A stretch of DNA of 8,072 nucleotides from the NCBI RefSeq assembly GCF_006345805.1, contig NW_021828536.1, forward strand, positions 1 to 8,072. The letters are read 5' to 3'. Made by a program: the position numbers and the translations under genes. This DNA comes from Octopus sinensis (lineage: Eukaryota). Shown here one piece after another: positions 7,413-8,072 of this stretch. Numbering within the stretch: position 1 is the first letter of the stretch; each line of letters opens with the position of its first letter. A model generated the notes under the pieces. The model did no database searches, was not told the DNA's origin, and saw nothing but the letters and a program-made list of their open reading frames with translations.

Positions 7413-7539
7413 TTGACGACTTTTACAGCTCTAGCTTTCATCGCTGTCAAAGAGCTGTTGTCACTTTTGCCGCGGTTTTTGTCGCGTCATTATTGTCACA
7501 AGAATAGTGTACAGCGCCCTGTCAGATCATCCCACTTCG

Positions 7540-7922
7540 TACACATGCATGCACACACTTGCATATACATGCATACATGCATACATGCATATATATATAA
7601 TATATACACATATATGCACATATATATGTACCCATGTTTGCATATGTACATATATATATACACATACATACACCACACACACACAAGCATATATATGTGT
7701 ATATACATATTATATATATATATCTATATATACTACATACAACCACACCACAAGCACATATAATGTGTATTACATATTATATTTATATATATATCATATA
7801 TATACATACATAACAACCACACCACATCAGCATATATATATATATATTATATATAATATATATATATAACATACATACAACCACACCACACCACTCAGCA
7901 TATTTATTTTGTATATACTATG

Positions 7923-7982
<60 letters not shown>

Positions 7983-8041
7983 CATACATACAAACACACC
8001 ACACACTCAAGCATATTTATTGTGTATATACATATGTATAT

Positions 8042-8072
<31 letters not shown>
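7540..8072. repeat. Compound (TA)n/(CA)n microsatellite with a recurring ACCACAC...AGCA(T/C)AT motif
   Basis: TA-dominated to the window end. The motif recurs near 7671, 7741, 7814, 7878 and 7991. Confidence 0.92.

Noticed and set aside
5456-7869. Many 60-180 aa ORFs (poly-I/L/D/M and YI-rich)
   Set aside because: They are stop-free frames of AAT, CAT, TA and CT microsatellites, open in several frames and strands with no domain content.

Overview
Eukaryotic non-coding DNA (intron or intergenic), AT-rich and dense in microsatellites. The repeat content resembles what I recall from Octopus (coleoid cephalopod) genomes; this assignment is from recognition, not a database search. I can support no protein-coding gene: most long ORFs in the track are artefacts of microsatellites or SINEs, and the rest show no recognisable product. 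Bases 1-4700 are stacked mobile elements. They comprise a decayed tRNA-SINE head (~334-449, +), a short RTE-LINE derivative whose 5' UTR is fused directly to the end of the ORF (~452-740, -), and two copies of an older long SINE (~800-1725 on -, 3657-4460 on +). Each older SINE is interrupted by a younger dimeric SINE with target-site duplications. There are also two tandem Helitron-like 5' ends (2740-3160, -) and an ~18-bp repeat array resembling a Tc1/mariner (m44-like) end (4546-4669). Bases 5200-8072 are mostly compound microsatellites separated by three short unique islands, which are candidate exon or regulatory sequences.
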